From positions 416,001 to 480,000 of the forward strand of contig CAVYTU010000015.1 of assembly GCA_963771465.1 (NCBI GenBank): a stretch of DNA of 64,000 bases, in the 5' to 3' direction. Below the pieces are notes generated by a model. It was not told where the DNA came from and did not search any database. It saw nothing but the letters and a program-made list of their open reading frames with translations. Every line of letters starts with the position of its first letter. The first letter of the stretch is position 1. Position numbers and translations under genes: made by a program. Positions 41,844-51,532 of this stretch are shown piece by piece. The DNA comes from an uncultured delta proteobacterium. Lineage in GTDB: Bacteria > Desulfobacterota > Binatia > UBA9968.

Positions 41844-42837
41844 GTGATCGCTCGAATTGCATTCGTCCTGTCGGTCCTGTCCGTCCTATATTCCTCCGCC
41901 CACGGCGCCACCCCCGAAGAGGACGCGCGCGCCGAAGGCGAAGTCGTCTTCTACAGCTCGCTCAACAATGAGCAGATCGTCACGCTGGTCGACGCTTTCA
42001 AGAAAAAATATCCGTTCATCAAGCCGTCTTTTTATCGCGGCACCAGCGAGCGCGTGTTGCAACGGGCGAACACGGAAGCGAAAGCCGGCCGCTTCGCGGT
42101 CGACGTCATGACGTCCGCCGGGTTTCAGGTGCAACTGATGAAGGATTCCGGACTCACCCAGCGCTTCGTGCCACCAGAAGGCGCGGCCTACGATGAAGGC
42201 TTCAAAGACGCCGATGGCCATTGGGTCAACGTCCACTCGCTGCTCAACTCCATGGCCTACAACACACAGCTGGTGAAACCGAATGACGCACCGAAGAAGT
42301 ACGAAGACCTGCTGGCGCCCCGTTGGAAAGGGCGCATCGGCGTCAATCTCCAAGACCCGGAGTGGTACGTCAGCCTGCAGCGCCGTTGGGGCAAGGACAA
42401 GGCGCGTAATTATCTAAAAACTCTCGCGGCCCAACAACCGGCCATACGCGATGGTCACAATATCACCGCGCAACTTTTGGCCGCCGGTGAATTTCACGCC
42501 GTTAGCAATACCTACGCGCACATCGCTGCGCGCATCAAGTCCCAAGGCGGGCCGGTGCAATTTGTTTTCGACGAACCGGTGATCACCTACGTTCATCCCA
42601 TCGTTTTGGCGAAAGGCGCGCCGCATCCCAATGCCGGCAAACTGCTGATCAGCTTTATTTTATCCGTTGAAGGCCAACGCATGCTGCGCGATCAAGGCCG
42701 AATCCCCGGTCATCGCGAAGTCGAGCCGCAAGTCTTTTCCTTGCGCAATGTGAAACTGCAGGCCAGCGATCCGCGATCAGGCGAAGGATTACGGGCCGGC
42801 GGGCGAAGAGATGCGTGCGATTTTCGGAACACGGTGA
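41844..42837 (+). CDS. ABC substrate-binding protein, Fe3+/thiamine-type fold (frameshift near 42775)
   Basis: Signal peptide; AEGEVVFYSS, YNTQLV, DLLAPRWKG and APHPNAGKL...LS.EGQ motifs; the tail EEMRAIFGTR* is in the +1 frame. Confidence 0.83.
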
Positions 42838-42842
42838 TCCGC

Positions 42843-42875
42843 AACGGCTTGAACATTTTGCACGATTGGAACGAA
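42843..42875. repeat. 9-bp-period TTGAACnnn repeats
   Basis: ACGGC-TTGAACATT-TTGCACGAT-TGGAACGAA upstream of the first AOR-like gene. Confidence 0.6.
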
Positions 42876-42901
42876 TTAATCAGCGCGAGGTTGCAACGAC
42901 G

Positions 42902-44790
42902 ATGAACTTATTTCCGAGCCAGCGAATCACCCCTCTTCCCGGCGGCTACATGGGCAAGATTTTGCGCGTCGATCTGACCACCGGCGAGTTGAAAGATGAA
43001 AATCTCCCCGAAGAACCGATCCTGAAAAAATTCATCGGCGGTCAAGCGCTCGCGCTTTACATTTTAATGAACGAGTTGCCACTCGACGCCACGCCTTTTG
43101 GTGCGGAAAACAAAGTGGTCATGATGACCGGCCCGTTGACCGGCAACGGCTTCACGCCCGGCGGCACTAAAATGACCGCGGTCTATTTGAGTCCACTCAC
43201 TAACAGGACACTCGGACGCGGCGCCACCAGCGGCTACTGGGGAACTTATCTCAAAGCCGCGGGCTACGACGGCATCATCGTTCAAGGCGCGTCGTTAAAA
43301 CCCGTCTACCTTTACATCAAGGACGGTAAGCCGGAGTTGCGCGACGGCGGCACAAAGTCTGGGGCCTCGGCACGCGCGACAGCGAAGATCGCTTGCGCGA
43401 AATCGTCGGCAACCGCGACGCCAGAGTTCTCTGCATCGGTCCGGCGGGTGAGAATTTAAATCGCGCCGCCATGCTCGCCAACGACTACAACCATTTCGCC
43501 GCCCACAGCGGCGGTGCCGTGCTCGGTTCGAAGAAATTGAAAGCCATCGTCGTCAGCGGCAGCCTGCGGCCGAGCTATCGCGATAAAACCAAGCTCGCCG
43601 ACGCCGGCCTGCGCTGGCGCAATGTCTTGCAGCAACACGACGTCAAGAAAAAGCAAACCAAATACGGCCACGGCGACGCCTGGGGCGCGCTGAATAATCT
43701 AAATTGGCGCAGCACCGACATTCAACCGGCGCATATCAAAGGCTTCGATCAAAACGACGTCGTGCTCCGTCCCTGTTTTCAATGCGCCCGCATGTGTCCC
43801 TGGGACGCCAAGCTTGGCGAGGGCGAGTTCAAAGGCACCGTGGTTCACTTCAACGCCGGCGGCGAATGGCTCGATACTTTTTTTAACCTCGGCATCAAAG
43901 GCAACGCCGTGCTTTACCTCGCCGAGAAGATCAATAATCTTGGCATCGAGTGCAGCCACTTTTCCTGCGGCGCCGGCGTGGCATTTGAAGCGTGGGAGAA
44001 AGGCCTGCTCGGACCGGACCGTACTAACGGCTTGAAGCTCGAATGGGGCAACGTCGAAGCTGTAGAAAAATTGCTCGACATGGCTGCTCACCGCGAAGGT
44101 TGGCTCGGCAACTTGCTCGCCGAAGGGCCCAAGCAATTGGCCGAAGCGCTCGGCGGCGACGCGCCCAACTGGGCGGTACACACCAAAGGCGGCACGCCGG
44201 CAATGCACGAGTGGCGCCCGCTGCTCGGCCAAATGCTGCGGGAACTGGTCGCCAGCGGCGGCATGAAGCCACAAGGCGGCGGTTCGAAAAATCCGCCGCC
44301 GGATTTACGCGGCAACGAAAAATGGGGACCGCTCGAAATGGACAGCCCCGAAGGCTGGGTGTGGTCCCATGTGTTGTCGGAGCAATACCGGCAATTCACC
44401 GGCATCTTCGGCGGCTGCTGGTTCGCCCAGGAAGCACACAAAAAGGACGGTTTGAATTCCATCGTCGACGCCTTCAACGCCATCACCGGTTGGAATTTTT
44501 CCATGGACGAAGCGCTCGCGGCCGGCCATCGTAGCATGATCCTGCAAAGCCTTTTTGGCACCCAGCGCGGCTGGATCGCCGACTTCGACTGGCAAGACGT
44601 CGGCCCCAGATTTTTAGAACCGATCCCCGACGGCAAGTACAAAGGATTTACCATCGCCAAGTGGCTGCCGGATATGATCTGGGAATATTACAAACTGTCC
44701 GGCCGGCACGAGCGCACGGGAAGGCCGTTCAAGGACACATTGGAGAAACTCGATTTGCTAGAATTCGCCGAGTGGAGCCAGCTGGACTAG
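42902..44790 (+). CDS. Aldehyde:ferredoxin oxidoreductase-family protein 1 (frameshift near 43350)
   Basis: GYMGKILRVDL, TGPLTG, SPLT, LKAAGYDG, IGPAGE, GAVLGSKKLKA, CFQCARMC, LAEG and GGCWF motifs. Confidence 0.88.
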
Positions 44791-44810
44791 AACTGTAACC
44801 GTAGGGTTGA

Positions 44811-45539
44811 CTAAGGTAATTCTTCCAACAACCGGCTCGCGCCCTTCAACGGATTCTTCACTCGCAGCAGCTTCTGCACGTACCAGATTCTTGCGGCGAC
44901 GGGATGAACTACGGGAATCCCGAGATCGTTTTCCGCCGTGAGGATGTCTTTCACTCCCCAAGCGCCGGAACCGAGCAAATAAATTCCCTGTGCGGTCGGG
45001 TGTTTGTTGAACGAGGCTTTCAAATGCTGATAGATCGTTTCCGCGGAGATCTTGCCGGCTTCGTCCGGCGAGGTGTCCATGCCTTCCATGCCAAGCACTT
45101 CAAAGCCGGCGTCGGTGAAATAGCGGGTAAAAATATCGTTCATCTTCTGATCACGATAGTAGGTACAGCCGACAAATTTCTTGATACCCAGCGCGCGCAA
45201 CGCTTCGGCCTGTGACATGCCGGAAGTGAAGATAGGAATTTTGTACTTCGCTTCCCAAGCATTGACGATTTCCTGCTCGGCCTTGTGACCGCGCACCATG
45301 AACGGCGGCCCGCCTTCCGGATGCATGAGATCGACGCCGATCTCCGCCAACTCCGCGACCTTGGCATGATAGGTTTCCATCGCGCCGAGATAGCCGCGCT
45401 CCGAATGTTCCTTGATCCCTGCGTACATCGGAATGCAACCGACGCCTTCAGGCAAAAGCCGAATGAACTCCACCAACGATCCCGAGCCATACGTCGGTTT
45501 AATCACGCCAACAATTCCTCGCCAGGTTCCGGAAGCCAT
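44811..45539 (-). CDS. Maleate isomerase / arylmalonate decarboxylase / Asp-Glu racemase family protein
   Basis: GVIKP, ALRALG.KK, F..AGFEV and E.DLGIPVV motifs; lacks the catalytic Cys pair. Confidence 0.75.
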   Translation of the reverse strand: MASGTWRGIVGVIKPTYGSGSLVEFIRLLPEGVGCIPMYAGIKEHSERGYLGAMETYHAKVAELAEIGVDLMHPEGGPPFMVRGHKAEQEIVNAWEAKYKIPIFTSGMSQAEALRALGIKKFVGCTYYRDQKMNDIFTRYFTDAGFEVLGMEGMDTSPDEAGKISAETIYQHLKASFNKHPTAQGIYLLGSGAWGVKDILTAENDLGIPVVHPVAARIWYVQKLLRVKNPLKGASRLLEELP

Positions 45540-45734
45540 ATGATCGCTCCTTTCCTGCCCGTTTATTGAATTGATTTATGCTAGTCGGAACACGCAATAA
45601 AAAACAAGAGCTCATCGTCCGACGCGATCATCCATCGTCAACCTCGATCCTCGATCCAAATATCGCGCCATTTAGTTGACGTCGGTAAAAGTTAAGTGGT
45701 ACACCCACGCTGAAAGTTCCTCGAAAGGACCGGC

Positions 45735-46541
45735 ATGGCCAACAACCCAACGGACACATTGACACGAGAATACGGCAATCTGGTTCCCATCGCTCGGCTG
45801 CTCGACGGCAAGCCGCGCAGCATTCTGTTCGACGCGACCAAGTGCATCGGCTGCCGCCATTGCGTGCAAGCCTGCAAAGACTGGAATGACCACGACCGCA
45901 CCAGCCTCTATGAACTCTCCAGCACCAACTGGATCACCATGGAGCCGCCGGTGCTCGAAGGCATGGCGCCGCTATGGGCGAGAAATAGTTGCATGCATTG
46001 TAACTTCGCCGCCTGCGCCGCGGTCTGTCCAGTGGAAGCGATCACCAAATACGAAGAAGGCCCCGTGGTCATTAACAAAGAGGTTTGCATCGGTTGCGAG
46101 TACTGTATCCACGCCTGCCCCTGGGAAGTGATCACCAAAGACCACATCACCGGCAAGGCGAGCAAATGCACCATGTGCAGCGACCGCATCAGTGAGGACA
46201 AGCAGCCCTTCTGCGTCCAGGCCTGTCCGGTGAACGCCCTGGACTTCGGACTGTCGGAAGAAATTTTCGACAAAGCCCAAAAGCAGGCCGAAGCGGTCGG
46301 CGGTTATATCTACGGCGACAAGGAAGCGGGCGGCGGCAGCGTCGTCTACGTGCTTAAAGACAGCAAAGAGAAATACGGTATCCGCAATATCAGCGGCGAA
46401 AAGTTTCCCAAGCATAAAATCCCGCTCGGCCTGATGCTCAAAGATCTTTTCACGCCGCGCTGCGGCATCGCCGGCAAAATGCGCGCACTCTGGCTCGCGG
46501 TCACCCATCCGAAGCGGCTGATCTACCGCTACTTCTCGTAA
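45735..46541 (+). CDS. Four-cluster 4Fe-4S electron-transfer subunit (DmsB/FdnH/HybA type)
   Basis: CIGCRHCVQAC, CMHC....C...CP, CIGCEYCIHACP and CTMC...CVQACP motifs. Confidence 0.92.
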   Translation: MANNPTDTLTREYGNLVPIARLLDGKPRSILFDATKCIGCRHCVQACKDWNDHDRTSLYELSSTNWITMEPPVLEGMAPLWARNSCMHCNFAACAAVCPVEAITKYEEGPVVINKEVCIGCEYCIHACPWEVITKDHITGKASKCTMCSDRISEDKQPFCVQACPVNALDFGLSEEIFDKAQKQAEAVGGYIYGDKEAGGGSVVYVLKDSKEKYGIRNISGEKFPKHKIPLGLMLKDLFTPRCGIAGKMRALWLAVTHPKRLIYRYFS

Positions 46542-46558
46542 TCCGCGACGATTCATCG

Positions 46559-47619
46559 ATGCCCAGCCTGTGTTACTACAATTTTCCTAATCCGTCATTG
46601 CGGCGAAAGCCGGAATCCAGGCGCAGCTCGATCTGGATCGCCCCCGTCAGTTGCGGTGCTAACGCTTGCGTTCAGCAATGTCGCCCACGCCGAAAAAATC
46701 CGTACCTCGATCCCGCAGGCCAATTTAAATTATCTTTCCATCCACGTCGCCGACGCCCGCGGCTTCTTCAAAGACGAAGGACTCGACAACGAAACGGTGG
46801 TCATCTCCGGACCGTTGTCGATCGCCGCTTTGCTCAGCGGCGACGTTGATTTCAGCGGCGCCGGCGGCAGCGGCATGCGCGCCGCGCTCAAGGGCGCACC
46901 GCTGAAAGGTATCTATTTTCAGTCGGAAAAAGTTACGTTCTACTTGGTCGACCGATCCGAGCATCAAAACCGCCGCCGATCTGAAAGGCAAGAAAGTCGC
47001 CATCGGCAGTGCCGGCGATACCCAAGACCGCATGATCACCATGTTCGCCGAGCGCGGCGGCGTGAGCAGCCGGGATATTGTTCGCATCGCCGTCGGCGCC
47101 GATACAGCGACGAGAATTCTCGCGATCAAATCCGGCAACGTCCACGCCACCACGGTGGATCCTGGCGGGCTGGTCTTCGCGCAGAAAGAAGGTCTGGTAT
47201 CGCTCGGATTTCTCGGTGACTTGTTTCCTATGCCGTTTCAAGGTTTCGTCACCACAGACAGAAAAATTCGTGACAATCCGGCGCAGATCAAGCGATGGCT
47301 TAAAGCGGCGATTCGCGGTTTGATGTTTGTCCGCGAGCGACCCGAAGACGCGGTCGATCTCGGTATCAAGAAACTTCAGCTCGGCAAAGCCTCCCGGGCG
47401 ATGATCGTCGAGGGCACGAAGAACTACGTGCGCGCATTGCCGCAGGGAGTGCCGGGACTGCCGACACCCGAAGGCGTGAAAAATTTCCTCGAATACGATA
47501 TTAAGATTCCTCTGCAAATAAAAGACGACATCCCGTCCGACCGTTTGCTAAACTTGCAACTGGTCGAAGAGGTGAAGAAAGAGCTGGAAGCCACACAACA
47601 AAGGAGAAACACGAAATGA
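46559..47619 (+). CDS. NMT1/SsuA-like ABC substrate-binding protein (frameshifts; start uncertain)
   Basis: AHA-EKIR, GFFKDEGLD, ALLSGDVDF; continues in another frame as ADLKGKKVAIG...MPFQGF. Confidence 0.8.
46594..46620 (+). repeat. REP-like palindrome
   Basis: GTCATTGCGGC-GAAA-GCCGGAATCCAG; same GTCAT...ATCCA framework as the element at 18745. Confidence 0.6.
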
Positions 47620-48344
47620 CGTCGGAACAAGATTTACGCGATCAACTGGCAACCTGCACGCGCATTTTTGCCATGCAGGGGATGATCGGCGTATTCGGCC
47701 ATGTGAGCGTATATCAGCCCGAAAGGAAGACGGTCTTGATCACACCGGGCATGGGCTCCCACAAAGGCAAACTTCAAGGCAAAGACATGGTCGCTACGGA
47801 CCTTGACGGCAAACAGCGCCGCGGCACGGAAGGCCCGCCGGTGGAGTGGCCGATCCACACCGCGCTGCACGGCGCGCGCGCTGACGCGCTCGCTGTGGCC
47901 CACTTGCATACACCCTATGCGACGCTGTTCTCCATCGCCAAAAGAGAATTCAAGCCGGTAACGCTCCAAGGCGCGATTTTTAGCGACGGCGTGCCGCTTT
48001 ATCCAGAAGCGCAATTAATCACCAATCCAGAACGCGGCGATGCACTGTTGAAGTCGATCGGCGACAAACGCGCCGTGCTGCTGCGCGGCCATGGCATCGT
48101 CGTCGTTGGCCAAACTCTACCGGAAGTTCTCTTTGCATCGTTGGTCTTGGAGGACGACGCGAAGAAGACCTTGCAAGCCGCGACCCTCGGCGAAGTCGGC
48201 ACCATCAGCCCGGATGAATGTAAAGCCTTCGGTGCCGAGATCGCCCTAGAGCGCCGCGCCCAGCGCGCCTGGAACTATTTTTGTGGCCTGGAATCCCAGT
48301 GGGATAAGCAAGCCTCCACCGGGCGGAGCGAACTGTTTCCATGA
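47616..48344 (+). CDS. Class II aldolase/adducin-family protein
   Basis: GHVS, EWPIH, HLH and LLRGHG motifs. Confidence 0.9.
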   Translation: MTSEQDLRDQLATCTRIFAMQGMIGVFGHVSVYQPERKTVLITPGMGSHKGKLQGKDMVATDLDGKQRRGTEGPPVEWPIHTALHGARADALAVAHLHTPYATLFSIAKREFKPVTLQGAIFSDGVPLYPEAQLITNPERGDALLKSIGDKRAVLLRGHGIVVVGQTLPEVLFASLVLEDDAKKTLQAATLGEVGTISPDECKAFGAEIALERRAQRAWNYFCGLESQWDKQASTGRSELFP

Positions 48345-48359
48345 ACCGGAGAAATTCCG

Positions 48360-48425
48360 TACAAAACATTCAAAACGTTGGAACCTCCGAAAACGGTTGA
48401 ACGATTTGAACGGCTTGAACGAACG
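48360..48425. repeat. Inverted array of 9-bp repeats
   Basis: TACAAAACA-TTCAAAACG ... TTGAACGAT-TTGAACGGC-TTGAACGAA, directly before an RBS. Confidence 0.75.
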
Positions 48426-48434
48426 GGAGGTTTT

Positions 48435-49490
48435 ATGAGCGAAGGAGTAAGACTCTACGCCGGCACCCAACATGGATTGATCACCTGGCGCTCGACCAAT
48501 AGCGGTTGGCAAGAAGTCGCGCGTCATTTTGACGACGGCATCATCGATTCGATCCACGGCTGCAAGCAGTCGCCGGAAATAGTTTTCATCGGCGTTACTC
48601 ACGACGGACTTTATCGAACGGCTGATGGCGGCAAGAGCTGGATAAAAGTATTCGACGGCGATATTCGCTCGGTGACTGTCGATCCGACGGACGACAAAGT
48701 CATTTACACCGGCATCGAACCGGTGGGATTGTTTCGCAGTGATGATGGCGGCGACAGCTGGCAGGAAATTGCCGCATTGAAAAAGCTGCCGCAATCGGTG
48801 CGCAAAAACTGGTGGTATCCGCAGGCACCGCATCATGGCCACGTGCGTAACATTCATATCCATCCCGATGACCCGCAAACGATTTACTTATGCCTCGAAC
48901 ATGGCGGCATCGTGCGCAGCTTCGACCGCGGCACGAGTTGGGAAGATGTCAGTAAAGGCATCGACTATCTCGACATCCACGTGATCGCAAACTTTCCCGC
49001 TCGCACCGATCGCTACTACGTCGCCAGCGCCCGCGGCTTCTTCACCAGCGACCAACCCGAAGACGGCTGGGTGCGCGCCGAGAACGGCATGACGCGGGAC
49101 TATTTTCACGATTTTCTCTTTCTCGATCCGCGGCGCGACGGCGACCAAGCGACCATGCTGATCGCCACGGCCGACGGCTCGCCGGGCTTCTGGCGCAGAG
49201 AAAATCGCGGCGCACGGGGGGCGATCTTCAAGAGCACCGACGGCGCCGAATCGTGGAAAAGAATCACCAACGGCCTCGCCGACGATCTCGACTCGATGAT
49301 CTGGGCGCTGGTGCATCATCCGACCGATCACGAGTCGGTTTTCGCAGGCTTCGGCAACGTCGCCCGCGGCCACGCCTCAGGCGCCGGCGGCGCCGGCGAT
49401 CTAATGATCAGCCGCGACATGGGTGATAGCTGGGAGCGTTTGGATATCGAGCTACCAGCCGATCGAGTGTTGTGGGCAGCGGCGGAGTGA
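48435..49490 (+). CDS. BNR/Asp-box beta-propeller protein, no signal peptide
   Basis: Repeated S/T-x-D-x-G-x-S-W motifs (TADGGKSW, SDDGGDSW, SFDRGTSW, STDGAESW, SRDMGDSW). Confidence 0.85.
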   Translation: MSEGVRLYAGTQHGLITWRSTNSGWQEVARHFDDGIIDSIHGCKQSPEIVFIGVTHDGLYRTADGGKSWIKVFDGDIRSVTVDPTDDKVIYTGIEPVGLFRSDDGGDSWQEIAALKKLPQSVRKNWWYPQAPHHGHVRNIHIHPDDPQTIYLCLEHGGIVRSFDRGTSWEDVSKGIDYLDIHVIANFPARTDRYYVASARGFFTSDQPEDGWVRAENGMTRDYFHDFLFLDPRRDGDQATMLIATADGSPGFWRRENRGARGAIFKSTDGAESWKRITNGLADDLDSMIWALVHHPTDHESVFAGFGNVARGHASGAGGAGDLMISRDMGDSWERLDIELPADRVLWAAAE

Positions 49491-49508
49491 GCGAACCCCT
49501 GGCGTTGG

Positions 49509-49580
49509 CGTTCAAAACGTTCAAGTCGTTCAAATAGTTCAAAACGTTTTGAACTGAAGGTATTGAACGGCTTGAACGAA
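49509..49580. repeat. Inverted array of 9-bp repeats
   Basis: GTTCAAAAC-GTTCAAGTC-GTTCAAATA-GTTCAAAAC ... TTGAAC..TTGAACGGC-TTGAACGAA. Confidence 0.85.
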
Positions 49581-49599
49581 AAATGATTGAGGCTCGGTG

Positions 49600-51516
49600 A
49601 TGTCAAATAATTCAAATCCGGACTACAAGAATTTCTTTCCAAGCGCGCGCACAACGCGTTTGCCCGGCGGTTACATGGGGAAAATCCTGCGCGTCGACAT
49701 GACGACGGGAAAATTCACCGATTTGAATCTCCCTGAAGAGCCGCTGCTGCGAAAATATTGGGGCGGCCAGCTTTTCGCCGAATACGTGCTGCTGAACGAA
49801 TTACCATTCGACATCGATCCCTACGATGCCAAAAACGTGATCGTCGGCATGACCGGGCCGATCACCGGCACCGGCTTCACTCCCGGCGGCACGAAAATGT
49901 GTTTCGTTTACTTAAGCCCGGCGACGAAATACACCCTCGGTCGCGGCGCCACCAGCGGCTATTTCGGTACGTCGCTCAAAGCCGCCGGCTACGACGGCGT
50001 GATCGTCACCGGCGCGGCGCAATCGCCCAAGTATCTTTATATCGGCGAAGACAAAGTCGAGTTGCGCGACGCCAGCATAGTTTGGGGCAAAGGCATCCGC
50101 GATACGGAGGATACACTGCGCAAAGAATCCGGCCATCTCGATGCGCGCGTCGGCGCCATCGGTCCGGCAGGTGAAAATCTGATTCGCGCCGCGATGCTCG
50201 TGAACGACTACAACCACACCGCGGCACATGGTTTGGGCGCCGTGATGGGCTCGAAAAAACTCAAAGCCTTCGTCACCTGGGGCACTAGGCGGCCGCGCTT
50301 GCACGACAAGCATCGCTTGATCGACGCCGGCGCGCGCTGGGCCAAAGCGATTTCGTCGCGTAAAACCACGGTCAAAAAGAGATTGACCAGCGTCGGCCAT
50401 GGCGAAGACTGGGGCGCGATTACCAAATTGAATTGGCGCAGCACGATCATCACCGACGAGGCCAAAGGGTTGGATCAAAACCGCGTCACGCTGCGTCCCT
50501 GCTTCCAATGCCCGCGCATGTGTCCCTGGGATGTCGAGATCGGCGAAGGCCGCTTCAAAGGCAAGGTCGGCCACTTCAACGCCGGCAGCGAGTGGATGGA
50601 CACTTTTTACAATCTCGGTTTCAAAGGCAACGACGTGCTTTATTTGTCCGAGCGTATCAACGATCTCGGCATCGAGTGCAGCCACTTCGCCTGCGGCGCC
50701 GGGCTCGCGTTCGAAGCCTGGGAGAAAGGTGTGCTCGGCCCCGACAGGACGGACGGATTAAAATTGGAATGGGGCAATATGGAAGCCGTCGAAGCTTTAT
50801 TGGAACGCTGCGCCCGGCGCGAAACCTGGCTCGGCAATATTCTTGCCGACGGCCCCAAAGAATTGGCGGAAGAATTGGGCGGTGAAGCAAAAAAATGGGT
50901 CGTACACACCAAGGGCGGCACGCCGGCGCAGCACGAGTGGCGGCCAATGCTCAGTCAAATGCTCCGCGAGCTGGTCGCCAGCGGCGGCATGAAGCCGCAA
51001 GGCGCCGGCGGCACCGAACCGCCCGCAGATTTGCGTTACCGTGAAAAATGGGGCCCGCTCGATCCGAATCAGCCCGATGGTTGGACTAGCTCGCATTTAA
51101 TCACCGAGCAGGTTCGTCAAGCGTGCGGCGTCATGGGCGGCTGCTGGTTCGCGCTCAACGACAAACCGCCCGACGGCGTGCAGAGCATGCTCGACGCGCT
51201 CAATGCGACGACGGGTTGGGACGTCACACTAGACGAATTAGTCGACACCGGCCACCGCGCGATTATTTTGCAAAGCGTCTTCGGCACCCAACGCGGCTGG
51301 ATCGCCGAACATGACTGGCAAGATGTTGGCCCGCGTTTCTTGGAACCGATTCCCGACGGCAAATACCAAGGTTTTACCATCGCCAAGTGGCTGCCGGAAC
51401 TTGTTTACGAATATTATAAAATCTCCGGCCGCCACGAACACAGCGGCCGACCGTTCATGGACACGCTACAAAAGTTGGGACTCGAAGAATTCAAAGAGTG
51501 GGGCCAGTTGGATTGA
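49600..51516 (+). CDS. Aldehyde:ferredoxin oxidoreductase-family protein 2
   Basis: Intact close paralog of 42902..44790; GAVMGSKKLKA, CFQCPRMC and GGCWF motifs. Confidence 0.9.
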   Translation: MSNNSNPDYKNFFPSARTTRLPGGYMGKILRVDMTTGKFTDLNLPEEPLLRKYWGGQLFAEYVLLNELPFDIDPYDAKNVIVGMTGPITGTGFTPGGTKMCFVYLSPATKYTLGRGATSGYFGTSLKAAGYDGVIVTGAAQSPKYLYIGEDKVELRDASIVWGKGIRDTEDTLRKESGHLDARVGAIGPAGENLIRAAMLVNDYNHTAAHGLGAVMGSKKLKAFVTWGTRRPRLHDKHRLIDAGARWAKAISSRKTTVKKRLTSVGHGEDWGAITKLNWRSTIITDEAKGLDQNRVTLRPCFQCPRMCPWDVEIGEGRFKGKVGHFNAGSEWMDTFYNLGFKGNDVLYLSERINDLGIECSHFACGAGLAFEAWEKGVLGPDRTDGLKLEWGNMEAVEALLERCARRETWLGNILADGPKELAEELGGEAKKWVVHTKGGTPAQHEWRPMLSQMLRELVASGGMKPQGAGGTEPPADLRYREKWGPLDPNQPDGWTSSHLITEQVRQACGVMGGCWFALNDKPPDGVQSMLDALNATTGWDVTLDELVDTGHRAIILQSVFGTQRGWIAEHDWQDVGPRFLEPIPDGKYQGFTIAKWLPELVYEYYKISGRHEHSGRPFMDTLQKLGLEEFKEWGQLD

Positions 51517-51532
51517 TGTGATTTACGAGGTT

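Noticed and set aside
48360-49580. Short repeats as a CRISPR array
   Set aside because: The units are 9 bp and tandem, with no 25-40 bp repeats separated by unique spacers and no cas genes.
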